A DNA stretch of 63,579 bases, filler included, from Globobulimina sp. (taxonomy: Eukaryota): assembly GCA_003354225.1 (NCBI GenBank). It is 36 parts of 36 records of this genome, joined end to end, with 100 filler letters (N's around TTAATTAATTAA, not from the genome) between each part and the next. Parts side by side here need not be neighbours in the genome. Positions count along the whole stretch, not along the records: positions 33,622 to 35,290 come from PIVH01013369.1; positions 35,391 to 37,059 come from PIVH01013370.1; positions 37,160 to 38,827 come from PIVH01013371.1; positions 38,928 to 40,595 come from PIVH01013372.1; positions 40,696 to 42,363 come from PIVH01013373.1; positions 42,464 to 44,131 come from PIVH01013374.1; positions 44,232 to 45,899 come from PIVH01013375.1; positions 46,000 to 47,667 come from PIVH01013376.1; 28 more parts are not named here. The stretch is one strand, 5' to 3'. How positions within the stretch are numbered: position 1 is the first letter of the stretch; each line of letters opens with the position of its first letter. The position numbers and the translations under genes were made by a program. The notes below the pieces were generated by a model. The model was given only the letters and a program-made list of their open reading frames with translations. It was not told the DNA's origin and did not search any database. Of this stretch, positions 33,622 to 46,136 are shown piece by piece.

Positions 33622-35290
33622 CCATCTTTACAACATTTGTGTAATACGCTTGGAAATTCTTGCTGCACTTTGGGATTATACCAATCATTTAATGTTTTAA
33701 TAATATCTATTTCCTTGGCAGCATTGATTAAAAACTCAAATACTTTCTTTTTTTCTCTCGTTGCTGTCTGTTTCAATGCATTCCAATCTCGTAAGTCTTG
33801 ATAATTATTAAATAACTGCATTCTCATTGATTTGGTGGCGATGGACAATAATATCTCTAAAGTTTGAATATTTTTATTTGCAGTTTTACATTTTACTAAA
33901 AATTCAAATAAATAAAACATAATATCAAAATTATCTGCAATATCATCTGTGATCTCTTTCAATTGCAATAACGACAAAATTGCATTATTTAGTACTGTTT
34001 CACTGTCTATTTTATTTAATCCATGTTTCAATAAACCTTTGTTGTCCCGAAAATATCCTCTATTTAAGCATTGTTGCAGTCTCGTTTTGGGCTGTAATTT
34101 ATTCAAATATTTTTCGACATAATCTGCTTTCCCCACCAATACCATCGGACATAACGGAGTCCAATTGTACCGATTGTCTGCCGCTAGTAATATCGGATCA
34201 TCCTTTTCCTTAATTTCTTCATCGAAAATCCAGTCCACAACCTTGCTATGCCCATAATCTGTGGCAGTAAATAGCAAAGTTGTGTTTTCCGGATCTCTCG
34301 AACGCACCAATTTATGTTTTAAATTTGCTGTTTTGCTCTGCGCAGATAATGACGCCAATATTGACGGTATTTTTGTAAACTCGCGATCATGGAATACAGC
34401 ACCAAGCATCGCGATATATTTCTGATCATCTGATAAATAGGAAATTATCAAATCTTGATATTGTTTGTCCCCCTTTCGATATGCTAACGAAGCCGCTCCC
34501 GGAGAGGAATAATAATTTGTGGAACGTTCTTCTGCGATAAAGTCAAAAACAATGTCATTTGTATTGACAAATTTATCTAAAATCAATTTCATTGATTGAT
34601 GGCCAATTCTTTTATCCACGCCATACAACAAAACGGTGTAACCCTTCTCTGTGTGGCACATTAATTGTTTGTTACTTACAACAGCGGATAATATTAATTT
34701 AGACATTGCGGGATCGTCGCCATGCAATATTCTGTGAATACAGGTTTCTCCATTTCCAAATAGCATATTATCTCTATTTAATAAAATATTATGTTGCTTT
34801 TTTGGGATTGTCGATAATATCAATGTTTGTAACTGGGGATATTTCCACCTTATCGTATATTGGAATGTATCTTTTATTAACACCATATCTAAATTATTTA
34901 AATCGATTTGTTCCAAACATTGTTTAATTACATTGGCCATAAAAGGCTTGGTTTCTTCGATCATTTTGGATTTGTTTGTGGTTGTTTTATGTAATAATGT
35001 TTCATTAAATTTATTTCTTTTTGCAATGATATAATATTTTTCCAATGGATCCTCGAACTGATTAAAGATCCACTCAATTATTTCAATTCCACTTTTTAGA
35101 AATGCCACATTCAGCGGCAATTCGTCATCGATATTGCGACTTAATAATAACTTATAAATGATATCTTGACTTAATACGGACTCTAATATAATAATAGTTT
35201 TCTTATCGCATTCTGTGCTAAACATTACATGAAAAATATTGTTGCGATAATCATTTTCCATTAAATACATTGGATGAATGTCGGAATCAT
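33622..35290 (-). CDS. Divergent ankyrin-repeat protein, internal fragment
   Basis: Recurrent NNIFH, ETLLH, GETCIH, GYTVLLY, TTLLFTATDYGH, WTPL. Confidence 0.8.
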
Positions 35291-35391
35291 NNNNNNNNNN
35301 NNNNNNNNNNNNNNNNNNNNNNNNNNNNNNNNNNTTAATTAATTAANNNNNNNNNNNNNNNNNNNNNNNNNNNNNNNNNNNNNNNNNNNNT

Positions 35392-35631
35392 TTTCGTGAT
35401 TTATATGATGAGGAAATAAATAAATTATTACATTTATCAAAATCATTAATAAATAAACAAAAAGAGATAAAAGAAAAACATCAAAATAATATCAAACAAA
35501 GAGAATATTTCATTCAATTAAAGGAATTGTTGCAATTCAAATTAAATATTGTTCAAAACAGAGTGAATGAAATGGAAATGTTAAATATTGACAATGTAAA
35601 CAATGAAGATAGATTAGTTTTGGTTGACTGA
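35392..35631 (+). CDS. IFT81: Intraflagellar transport protein 81, C-terminus (absent from the ORF track)
   Basis: KSLINKQKEIKEKHQNNIKQREYFIQLKELLQFKL...EDRLVLVD* matches the IFT81 tail pattern (L..KQK.I.E.H..N.KQ...L..L...K...EDRL.L). Confidence 0.75.
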   Translation, partial: FRDLYDEEINKLLHLSKSLINKQKEIKEKHQNNIKQREYFIQLKELLQFKLNIVQNRVNEMEMLNIDNVNNEDRLVLVD

Positions 35632-35792
35632 CTAAATATTTTTCATGATAGTTTTTTTTTTAATCATTAACTATTTAAATGCAACTACAATATATTGAGT
35701 AGTTTTTTATATTAAACATATAGCTGCTTCAGAATGTGTGCGTGCTTTTTTTGTGGGTATCCCTCCATAGTGCAATATAAGAACAACCCCTT

Positions 35793-35992
35793 TGACTTTT
35801 TAGGCTTAAACTTCTAAACACTTCTTTTGCGATTGGCACGGTTTTTGGGTTAGCTAGAGTGGTTTTCAACTTTGAATACTAGGATTCCAAACCTAGGTCA
35901 ACTTCGAATACTAGGTTGAAAACCACTATAGCTAACCCAAAAACCTTGCCAATCACAAAAGAAGTGTTTAGAAGTTTAAGCCTAAAAAGTCA
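35793..35992. mobile_element. 200-bp hairpin MITE with 78-bp TIRs and a possible 3-bp TSD (CTT)
   Basis: 35793-35870 vs 35915-35992 match at 75/78; CTT flanks both sides. Confidence 0.85.
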
Positions 35993-36171
35993 CTTATTTA
36001 TGGTTCAAACGTTGGGTAAAATTCTTAGTTCGAAAAATATTCCACCAAACAGAAATTTCGGGAAACTCCCGCTTGCGATTTCGTGTTTTAAATTTGCATT
36101 AATTCCGGAGCTAAAACAGATGCAATCCAAAGGATACAATTAATATATTTATATATTTTCAACATACAATT

Positions 36172-37059
36172 TTAGATGGAACAAGAAGCGGAATGTTGGA
36201 TTTTTGGAACCTCTTCTGATGCAACAGTCACTTCAGCAATGTTTTGATCAGCATACTGCTGAAGTTCCATTTCTGTATCATTTCGTCTAAAACATAGTCC
36301 CTCCACCAAAACAATAAATGGCTGACAGAAAAACATATATTCCCTATTCCAATGATAAAAACAAAACAATAAACAGCAGGAATTAATGGTACAATCGACA
36401 CTCGCCCACATTACACTACCTGTCATTGGTACAGATAAACAAAACATAGTCGTACTAATACTTGCACATAATCCTAAAATGTAATATTTTAAACATAATC
36501 TCCTAAGATTAGCCTGTGCATTTTGTCGTGAATTATGCTGCTTTCTTTTTTGTATTAAGATCAATGGTTTTACAAATAAATAGATTAAGAATGATTGGTG
36601 TAACAAGTCACTGAGAGCAGCAGATCCGCTCACCCATAATGGAAATACCATAGTACAATTTTTGTAGGATGTATTGACAACATCCAAAACGACTGTTGCC
36701 CCAAAACAATACATGCAAATTAAAATGGTCAGATTTAATAAAATAGAGACTGATACCATAATATTTATATGTGTCAATTTATACTCATATTGGCTGTCTT
36801 TATAAACTGTATAAAGCCTTAGCGTAGCACATTGAGTCTGAATTAAGAATTGTGATTTGATTGCAATTTAAATCCAAAAATGTAGAAAATTAGGTATGCA
36901 CAAATAGCTTTTCTTAATTCAGTGATTTCGGATCGTACCTTAAAATAAATAACAAATACATTAATTGTTTGGATATAATGTACAAAAATGATCCCGGCAC
37001 AGCAATATAGCCACATAAAGCACGCGATGATTTAGTAAGTGATACAATTCTGGTTCCAG
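36172..37059 (-). CDS. Multi-pass (GPCR-like) membrane protein, intron-containing, 5' truncated
   Basis: Successive hydrophobic helices; LFVKPL, DCTINSCCL; Cys-containing tail. Confidence 0.55.
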
Positions 37060-37159
37060 NNNNNNNNNNNNNNNNNNNNNNNNNNNNNNNNNNNNNNNNN
37101 NNNTTAATTAATTAANNNNNNNNNNNNNNNNNNNNNNNNNNNNNNNNNNNNNNNNNNNN

Positions 37160-38510
37160 AAAAAAATCAAAAATATTTTGTTTGATTATTAAAAATATGG
37201 AGCAAGAAATTGCCAAATATTATAAATGTAAAAATTGCATCATTGTATTGAATGAACATCGCAGTTTTTCAATTTCTGTGATTAAAAATGGCGAAAGAAT
37301 TGTTGCGGACAGCCGTTTAATGCAAAAATTTATGGCCGCAAAGCAGTCAATGTCGCCCAAAAAGAGTGGGCAAAATAATTGTTTTCCAAAAGCAAATGGA
37401 TTCTTTCATTACAGAGATGATTATGATTCTTCTTTTTTCATTTCAAATGTGTCAGATTTTGATTTTATTTCTTCTGTAGATGATAACACAAATATTGATA
37501 TGTTAAATGAAGGTTTTTCAGAACAAGAACAAAAACTGGAGGCAATGCCGCAAATGCAACGATATTCTCCATATTCCAATGTGAATTCGTTCCAATTTAT
37601 AAATAAATCCACCACTGCGCCGAAACCGATTGCTATTGATAATGATGAAAAAGAAGAGAAAAAAGCAGAGTTTTATTACAAAGTAAGGCAAAAAAATGAG
37701 ACATTATTACATAAAATGCAGGAAATGTTAAAAATGAATGGCTTTATAAATGAAGAGAAATATTTGGCGCAGTATAAGTTAAATGTAGCTGACAATGACT
37801 TGGTGAATGACATTTATGTGGGTCCAAATAAAGGAGAGGATATTGCACAAAATGATGATTTTGCACATTTAATTTATCGTAATCGATACGGCGATCTCCG
37901 CCGCGGACGAGATAATCGAGAAAAAATTAAAAAATATCATCCATTTTATCAGAAAAATAATGCACCATTTAATAGTACTTTATGTTATTCGCCGTTTGAT
38001 TTAATTTTAGCATTAAATGATGTATTTAAAGGATGTAAAAAATTGAATGTATTCCGAGACGTCGACACAAAGGATGAAATTGCAGTTATTTTGGTGGGAT
38101 CATTGACACATTTTTATGGTGATTTTATTGAACAATTTTGTCAGTTAATAAATGATGATCGAGAAAATAATATTGGTTTTTGCGTAAAATATATTGCTGA
38201 ATATGTGCAGAATGAAGGAACAAAAGATGTCAATAACAGGTCATCCGCATTGAGACAGTTATTACAATCTGTTGTTACACCAACAGAAATATCAAATTTT
38301 AAATCAATCTCTCAACTCAAAAATGAAATTATTGTTCAAACCACTGGCAATAACACAGCAAAGCAAAAATTAAAGATATCGATTGATGAAACAAAGAATA
38401 AGAAAGATAAAGATGGCAACAATGCCTCTGCAGCATCCTCAAAAGCAACAAAGCAGAAAAAATCTAAATTGAAATTCGGAAGTATTTGGAAAAGATTACA
38501 AAATAAATAA
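37160..38510 (+). CDS. Hypothetical protein, 5' truncated
   Basis: 442-aa ORF; no domain recognised. Confidence 0.65.
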
Positions 38511-38927
38511 AATGAATATTGTTATTTGAAATTAAAACTGCATTTTTTTATTATAAAAACTTACATTCTATTCAATTATATATACTTTTTATACAGAGAT
38601 GGTTTGCTATTATAACAACTTGACTCTACAGAGCCGTTAGGAAAGACCTTTGTGACGCAACTGCAGGTATGTACTCTACATATATTTTAACAGTGTATCA
38701 TCGTATACCATCATCAATTTTGGAACTTCTTATCTGTATCGAGTGGATTTTGCGATATTTCACATAAATCTATTGATGATCTATTGATGATCTATTGATG
38801 TATAACTTCATCAATATTGGCTCGAATNNNNNNNNNNNNNNNNNNNNNNNNNNNNNNNNNNNNNNNNNNNNTTAATTAATTAANNNNNNNNNNNNNNNNN
38901 NNNNNNNNNNNNNNNNNNNNNNNNNNN

Positions 38928-40595
38928 AGGGTTGTAAATGGAACATTATTAAATGAGACCATTCGACTTTCGACGTTTATTCGATATGACATATTTGAGG
39001 ATAGTTACTTTGTGGATGCGATTTTTTATCACCAACCAAGTCCAGGAATAGCTACTTTAGACATTTTAGAAACGAATTTCTTCAATGTAAATTTCGGTAT
39101 GTTTGTAATATAATTACTGTATAAACAATATTGATCACGATATATTATCATATAAACAGGTTCTATCTTACATTCGGTGGATGCTACCTCGATAATATCG
39201 ATACAAAATGTAAATATAAGCACATTACAAACCATTGAACAATATATTACCATCAAGGAAACTATCGGAAGATCGGCAGATGACGATTTATACTCATTAT
39301 TAGTATTTGAAGCAGCATTAGATCTAATTACCATTAATAATGTAAATGTTGAATATATTTACATGAGTTATTTATTTGACCACTGTGAGATAATAGGATA
39401 CCGAGCAGCGAATTGGCAGGAATTAGAATCTTTTGGTATAGATTTTTGGTTTTTGGAATATTTTTGTAATGTTCCAATACGATTCCTTGATACTACATCT
39501 TCTGTAAATATCACAGATTTGAGTGTAAGAAATGATATTAATAATATACAATTTGAGTCAGCACGAGATTCTCTCATCGATGCTATACATACAAATTATG
39601 GTAATCCATCGCGAAAGATTTATATTGATTTTTTATACAACGATGATATATCTGACTATTCATTTATTTATAATGAAGGAACAATTTCTATTAACTCTTT
39701 AAATGTATATGGGGCAGGTGCTCATTTTCAAATTGTTAACTCCGCCAAAGGTAATTTGTTTATCCATGAAATGATTGCTATTCCAGAAACATATTGCATT
39801 GATATTTGCAACTATGATTCCGATACATTACAAATTCACAGATGGGTTTCTTTCGGCACTGCAACAAAAACAGATATTTGTGAGTCCGCTGCGGAGTTCA
39901 AAATGGCAAATTCTGTTATTTATGGGCAGAAAGGTGATGCAGCCATTATTATAACAGCTGGCTATTCGTCCTTACACAATGTAACCATTCAAATGGCACT
40001 GCGTGGCATTGTAGCGGCTGGTTCTGAGCTTGTATTATCATCGAGTTTGATGAAAGACATTGGAAGTTATTATGGATCCGCTCATAATTATTTATGGGCT
40101 GCTCATCCTGGCATTACGTCATTTTACCTTAACTCAAAGAATACCATCATTAAAGACACAACATTCTCATTTGTTGATCCATTACAATTTGATATGTTTG
40201 ACCCAGCGTTTTCTTCAATCTATTTCGTTGATGATGAGATGAACCACGTAGTATTAATTCGCAATATTTTTGAAATTAATGATGAAAATGTTTTGGTGCC
40301 GTATCCATTTAATCATTCGATGCTGTATATGCTGCATATGCTTGGTTTGAATTTTATGGATATTAATGGCAACCAACATTTTATGGAAAAAGGGATGATG
40401 ATCATCAGAGATAAGATGGATATAACATTTATAAATAATGAATTTAGAGTAAATGCAAATAATTTGTACGTAAATGAATCAATATTAATTAAAGAAAATA
40501 TTCCATGGATTTATGTAAAAAATACAAATGAAAATACTTGTATATCCGGCAATATTTTTACAAATTTTGCCCTGTGGATAAAAAAAGGTAATGTT
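38928..40595 (+). CDS. Internal fragment of a large Asn/Ile-rich, beta-helix-like (probably extracellular) protein
   Basis: Long ORF with repeated I.I.N..F/ITFINNEF/CISGNIF strands. Confidence 0.55.
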
Positions 40596-40695
40596 NNNNN
40601 NNNNNNNNNNNNNNNNNNNNNNNNNNNNNNNNNNNNNNNTTAATTAATTAANNNNNNNNNNNNNNNNNNNNNNNNNNNNNNNNNNNNNNNNNNNN

Positions 40696-42363
40696 ACATC
40701 ACAGTTTAAAATTCATCCTTTGCAGTTATATTTATTTTTAACCAAACAATATGACATTGAGTTTATAGAGAAAATAATGCTGCCGACACAGGATAGGGAT
40801 TATTGGCAGGATAATATGCTACATAATCTATGTTGTAATGCGCATTCACCATTGCAAGTGATTAATATTTTAGATATAAAATACGGAGTGTTGTGGAATG
40901 AAGTGAATAAAGACAATTTATGTGCGATTCATTACTATTTACAATATAACCAAGACATAAATGAAAGCATTATTGATTTGTGTATAAATCAGTGTTTTAC
41001 TGCCATAGTTTCCAGCTTTTGTGACGATAATTTATTGCATAAAATATGTAAGAATGCGTCCGTGAGTCCAGATACAATGAAATATATTTTGCAGCAGAAT
41101 GGGTTTATACTGCTTTGTTATGACTTGAATAAAATGAATGAAACACCATTTCATTGTTATTTAAAGTCTAATAAATATTTATCCAAACGAGTGATTGACA
41201 GATTTATGGAAATATATTTGGATAAAAAGAAGGATAAATTAGAATGGATCGAATATATCGATTATTGGGGCAATACCTTTTTGCATTCCATTTGTATGAA
41301 TCCAAAGATAACTATTTCAATTTTAAACTATTTTTTATCAGCACTGCCAATGCAATATGTATTGCATAAAAATTATTTGAATATCAAAGCAATACAATAT
41401 ATAGAAGCAAATCATTGTTATCCTATGGAATTATTGCAAGCATTAGAAAGAGCAATGGATATCGCAAAGAAATACAAAGAGGAAGAAAAAGAAGAGTATG
41501 AATTTAAAAAAAAAGAAAAGAAACAGAAACAGTCCGTACTATTAATGGAGAAATGGTACTATGACAGTCGTGTAAATAAACCATTTGGTGTCGATGAGAT
41601 ATATTTTGATTTTGTAGAATGTCTAGATTGTGTTTTTTCGTCTGGCGGCGTTATTTCATGGTTTCAGATCCGCGGAATCATAGCATTTCGATCAGATTTA
41701 TCAGAGTCGATATTGATACATTTGCTAACCAATGATTTGCGTAATTGGAGATATTCGAATATGTCTATTAAGAAACTACAAAACCGCGTCATAAAGTATA
41801 TAAATTTAGAATATACAGCGTTTCATCCTTGTGTCAATATTCATGGCTGGACCAAGCGAAGACAAATATACTTCATACCGCCAAATGGGATGCAATTTGT
41901 ATTAATGTCGTATCGGATTACCAGCAAATATTTAGATTCGAATATGATTCCTTTCAGATGTTATACGCAAATAAATTATATTGTGGCACAAAAAAGTATC
42001 AATTTTAAAATTACATTTCAGAACAATATAAATATGCAGCAACCGCGATATTGTGCAAAATTGATTATTCCATTGGTGAGGAATAAAAACGCAACGAATA
42101 TAATATGTAATCATGGCATATATGATATATTCAATGGCGATGAGGCTACGTATATAGTATGGAATATTTATAATGTACAACAACATGAACCAATGATATT
42201 TGAGTTTAATATAAATGATATTGTTGATATTAAAGGGATGAATGATTGGTTGTCACCAGAAATTGGTAGCAAACCGGTCATAAATATTGAATTTAAATTT
42301 ATAAAAACATATTTATTTTCATCATTTAATATTGAGCAATATACGGCTCATGACCGTAATAAC
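40696..42363 (+). CDS. Ankyrin-repeat protein fused to a mu-homology (adaptin mu C-terminal) domain, truncated
   Basis: DNMLH, DNLLH, ETPFH, GNTFLH repeats, then DEIYFDFVE..G.I..FHPCV..IYFIPPNG.QFVLMSYR..IVWNI. Confidence 0.8.
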
Positions 42364-42591
42364 NNNNNNNNNNNNNNNNNNNNNNNNNNNNNNNNNNNNN
42401 NNNNNNNTTAATTAATTAANNNNNNNNNNNNNNNNNNNNNNNNNNNNNNNNNNNNNNNNNNNNATAAACTATACTTGGATATGCCCTATCTTGTGTACAG
42501 AGGCATCTTCTTCCATGGTCAATAGTGCTAAATGTTCGAAGAAAAACGGTTTTTTTTAAATTAAAAATGGCACAATCACACAATGTCAACA

Positions 42592-43903
42592 TTAACGCTT
42601 TCTGCGTTTTTTAGGTTGCTTTTTTGGAGATGTTTCAGATCGCGTACGTTTGCGCCCTCTTGATTGGGCATTGCTATTAATATGACCCACAATATCAATA
42701 TCTTCATCACTGCCATCGCTGTTATCATTATTGGATATATTTGCATTGAATACATTATTGTTTGTGTGTGATTGCTTTGTGGTAAAGAAGGATTTATTTT
42801 CATTATTTGTTTGAATATATCCCAAAATATATGCACTTTCCGGCCCTTTCCAGTATTTATTGAATCTATTTTTGTTATATTGTCTATATTTTGTATCATT
42901 AAAGAGATAACATATATCGCTATGGTCAACTGTCATACATTTATAATGACCACCACTAAGCGTTCCAGAATGAATTATAACAAAACGCAAATGATAAACA
43001 TATGGACCTTTTGTTTTGTGTTGTGTATAGATAGAATTGTAAGCAGTTGTTATGCCATCTGCTTTGTAAACGTATTTATTCATATCTAAAGTCAATGGAT
43101 ATTTAATTTCTTTATTATTTTTAGATGGTTCATCCTCATCATTTGGACGGAATTCAAAGCGCTTTAATCTGAAAATTAAAATGCTTGGTAATGAAATATA
43201 ACAATTATTAGTTTTAATATTTATTTGTGTTAATGGGTCACTTTTGGATGGATCAGGATCAATATGGTGTTGAATAGGAACAATATAATCGTTGCAACAG
43301 CGTAACAACGTTTTTTTTTGGATATCAACATTAATGACAGGACAATGGTCAGCTGGTTTAGGTTCAGTTACATATGGATTATTTGCCCAATATTGGGAAC
43401 GGAATTGAGTGTTTGGTTCAATATCACAGCTTTGGAATATTGGATCGTTTGCGTGATTTAATAATGAATGGAAATTGAAATCTAAGCCCCGATAAGAAGC
43501 CATCAATAAGCCTTCTTCATGTAATATTGGGAAAATTGTTTGAACTAAAAACTCACAGGCATCTGACTGTGTATTTTCCCAGTCATATGCATCATTATTA
43601 TTATTGGAATATGAATATAGAAAATCCGTTATAGGTTTAATAGATTGAACATTTGGTTTTATTTTTTTGGAGTTTGAGTTACATATCGGATTTTTCGGAT
43701 TATTCATATTATAAAATAAATGTCCTAATCTGTATGATAATGTAGATTCACTAAATTGTGATCGATATTTAATATATGATGTCCTAAAAGGTGATATTGC
43801 ATACAATCCCTGTATTATTGAATTGATATAACAGCAATTACAAGGATTTTCTAAGCCGGCTGGCTTTATATTTACTTTTTCTTCAGGTTCACGGATGTAA
43901 TTA
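42592..43903 (-). CDS. Ubiquitin-specific protease (peptidase C19) with a C-terminal NLS; 5' region frameshifted or truncated
   Basis: Cys box GLENPCNCCYINSIIQGL (upstream of the ORF-track start), QSDACEF, LPSILIFRLKRF, His box IIHSGTLSGGHY..FND; PKKRRKR. Confidence 0.9.
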
Positions 43904-44252
43904 TTATATTATATTTATATTGGCATCGAATGCAGGCATTGAATTAAAATTAATTGATAATCCATTTGAATTTGCTAATGAAGGCAATAAAAGTGAGGTA
44001 TTATTATTTGGTAAAATATTTGATAAATTGTAATTATTTGTATTTGGAGGTTGTATATTTATATCTGTATTAAATACAGGCATTGTACTGAAATTAGGCA
44101 ATGTAGCATTTATTTCAATATTATCTGACACNNNNNNNNNNNNNNNNNNNNNNNNNNNNNNNNNNNNNNNNNNNNTTAATTAATTAANNNNNNNNNNNNN
44201 NNNNNNNNNNNNNNNNNNNNNNNNNNNNNNNCATCGCCAGCTATACAGCAAT

Positions 44253-45281
44253 CTATATATATATATTACAAACCCGACACATTATTAAAAATACTTTCCC
44301 CGTACTTTGGTTTAGAGTGATTATCCTCGCACACCAAAATACGGCCAAAGTATATATATATGTATAATAACATGGATCATTGGTGGCCGGACAATCACAA
44401 AATGGAGAAATTGTTGGAGTTGATGAGGGAGTTGACGACGGATTTGATGATGGATTTGATGAAGGATTTGATGATGGAGTTGACGATGGAGTTGAAGATG
44501 GAGTTGATGATGGGTTTGATGACGGATTTGATGATGGACTAACTGATGGATTTAATGATGGAGAGTCTGTTGGACATATAACCTCTCTATAAATCGAATC
44601 TGTATATAATGCACCATATCCATCACAATCTACAGCACATGGCACTTTTGAATAAGCATCTTGCGTTACATTACAAAATAGTCCAATTGGAGTATATGAT
44701 GTATAATCACTAAGTCCTGTACAATTTGCAGCGTTGCTATATGATGTTTCTGTTAAATACCAGCCATACGCATCGTTATTACATATATTTATACTTGACA
44801 TTGAAGAATATGATGAGAAACAGCAATCAATAAGTCTTCCTTGATGAGACAGTAAAGCACCTTTGGAACAGGTTCCGTTACCAAAATAATTGCCATCAGG
44901 ATTATAATATTCATCAACAGAGGCAAATTCACAATTATATGCAGCTTCGCAGTTGAATACTGTGTACCCGGTAGGGTCTGGATAATAAGTATATTCATTA
45001 TAATTAATATCCATTGGATCAAGACTACATCCAATATCACCATTATATGATATTTCCTTAACAGTCCATGTTTGATTAAGTGCGTCGTAAACACATTCTC
45101 TTTTTGTGGAGCTAGTACCAATTACTGTTTGAGTGCTAGGATCATATTGTCCATAAAATTCACATTCATCAATTGTTTTTGCATAATCACCTCCCATTTT
45201 GAAATAATTACAATCACACATACTAAACACTACGCTAAATTGCCATATTACGGAAATAGCGACAAAAAGAAACGAAGACAT
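44253..45281 (-). CDS. Secreted Cys/Tyr-rich protein with a PS(S/T/N) tetrapeptide-repeat stalk, probably continuing past an intron
   Basis: N-terminal signal peptide; 12-bp repeat region at 44415-44570. Confidence 0.7.
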   Translation of the reverse strand: MSSFLFVAISVIWQFSVVFSMCDCNYFKMGGDYAKTIDECEFYGQYDPSTQTVIGTSSTKRECVYDALNQTWTVKEISYNGDIGCSLDPMDINYNEYTYYPDPTGYTVFNCEAAYNCEFASVDEYYNPDGNYFGNGTCSKGALLSHQGRLIDCCFSSYSSMSSINICNNDAYGWYLTETSYSNAANCTGLSDYTSYTPIGLFCNVTQDAYSKVPCAVDCDGYGALYTDSIYREVICPTDSPSLNPSVSPSSNPSSNPSSTPSSTPSSTPSSNPSSNPSSNPSSTPSSTPTISPFCDCPATNDPCYYTYIYTLAVFWCARIITLNQSTGKVFLIMCRVCNIYI

Positions 45282-45534
45282 GTTGGCACTATGTGTTGTT
45301 GAAGTATTTAAGTTTTAGCTGAACTGTCATAATGGCATTACAATTACTGTAGTTCATTAATTATTAAACCAAATTTAAAGAAATATGGTAGTAGATATAA
45401 AAGAAATGGAACAACAGAAATATTCGTCGTTTTACTTTTCAGCGCAATCAGTTACAACGTACTTACAACCGCAAATATTGTCTCATAATTCAATTAGCAT
45501 AATTCCATATTAATTATAAAGGCATTCATGCAAT

Positions 45535-45899
45535 ATGTCTAAAAAAATAACCAACAAAATGGAGAATATGGCACTTTGCAACGCCAAAAAAAAGAAAGAT
45601 GCTCGTAAAATGAGAAAGCGGTTATCTGTGTCAGAAGTTAAAGGTCAATCAGCATTATATCTGGATGGTTATAGGAAAAAAAGTAACAAAAAGCAACTAA
45701 AAACGTCAGACAGTTTTAGTGACAGTAACAATGAATCAAAATCAAAATCAAATTTGTTCAAATCATATGCAATGAAAAGTAAAGTGGGCATTGTACCATT
45801 TAATCGAAATAAAGTAAATCAAGATCGAGCAATAATAGTTCCAGCATTACCAAATAGTTCAAATACAGCCATTCCGCTATTTGGTGTATTTGATGGTCA
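45535..45899 (+). CDS. PP2C/PPM phosphatase, N-terminus
   Basis: KVNQDRA...LFGVFDG(H). Confidence 0.85.
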
Positions 45900-46136
45900 N
45901 NNNNNNNNNNNNNNNNNNNNNNNNNNNNNNNNNNNNNNNNNNNTTAATTAATTAANNNNNNNNNNNNNNNNNNNNNNNNNNNNNNNNNNNNNNNNNNNNG
46001 TGGCCAATATGATTAAAATTGAATGTTATACTGGTAATACCATTTTGTTGGAAGTAGATAGCTTAGAAAATGTTGATCTTTCAGGTCGTGATTTACATCG
46101 GGCTTTCTTAGTAGATGCAAAAATGATGGGTGCTAA

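Noticed and set aside
44415..44570. 12-bp periodic repeat
   Set aside because: Coding PS(S/T/N) stalk of a secreted protein; a common low-complexity linker.
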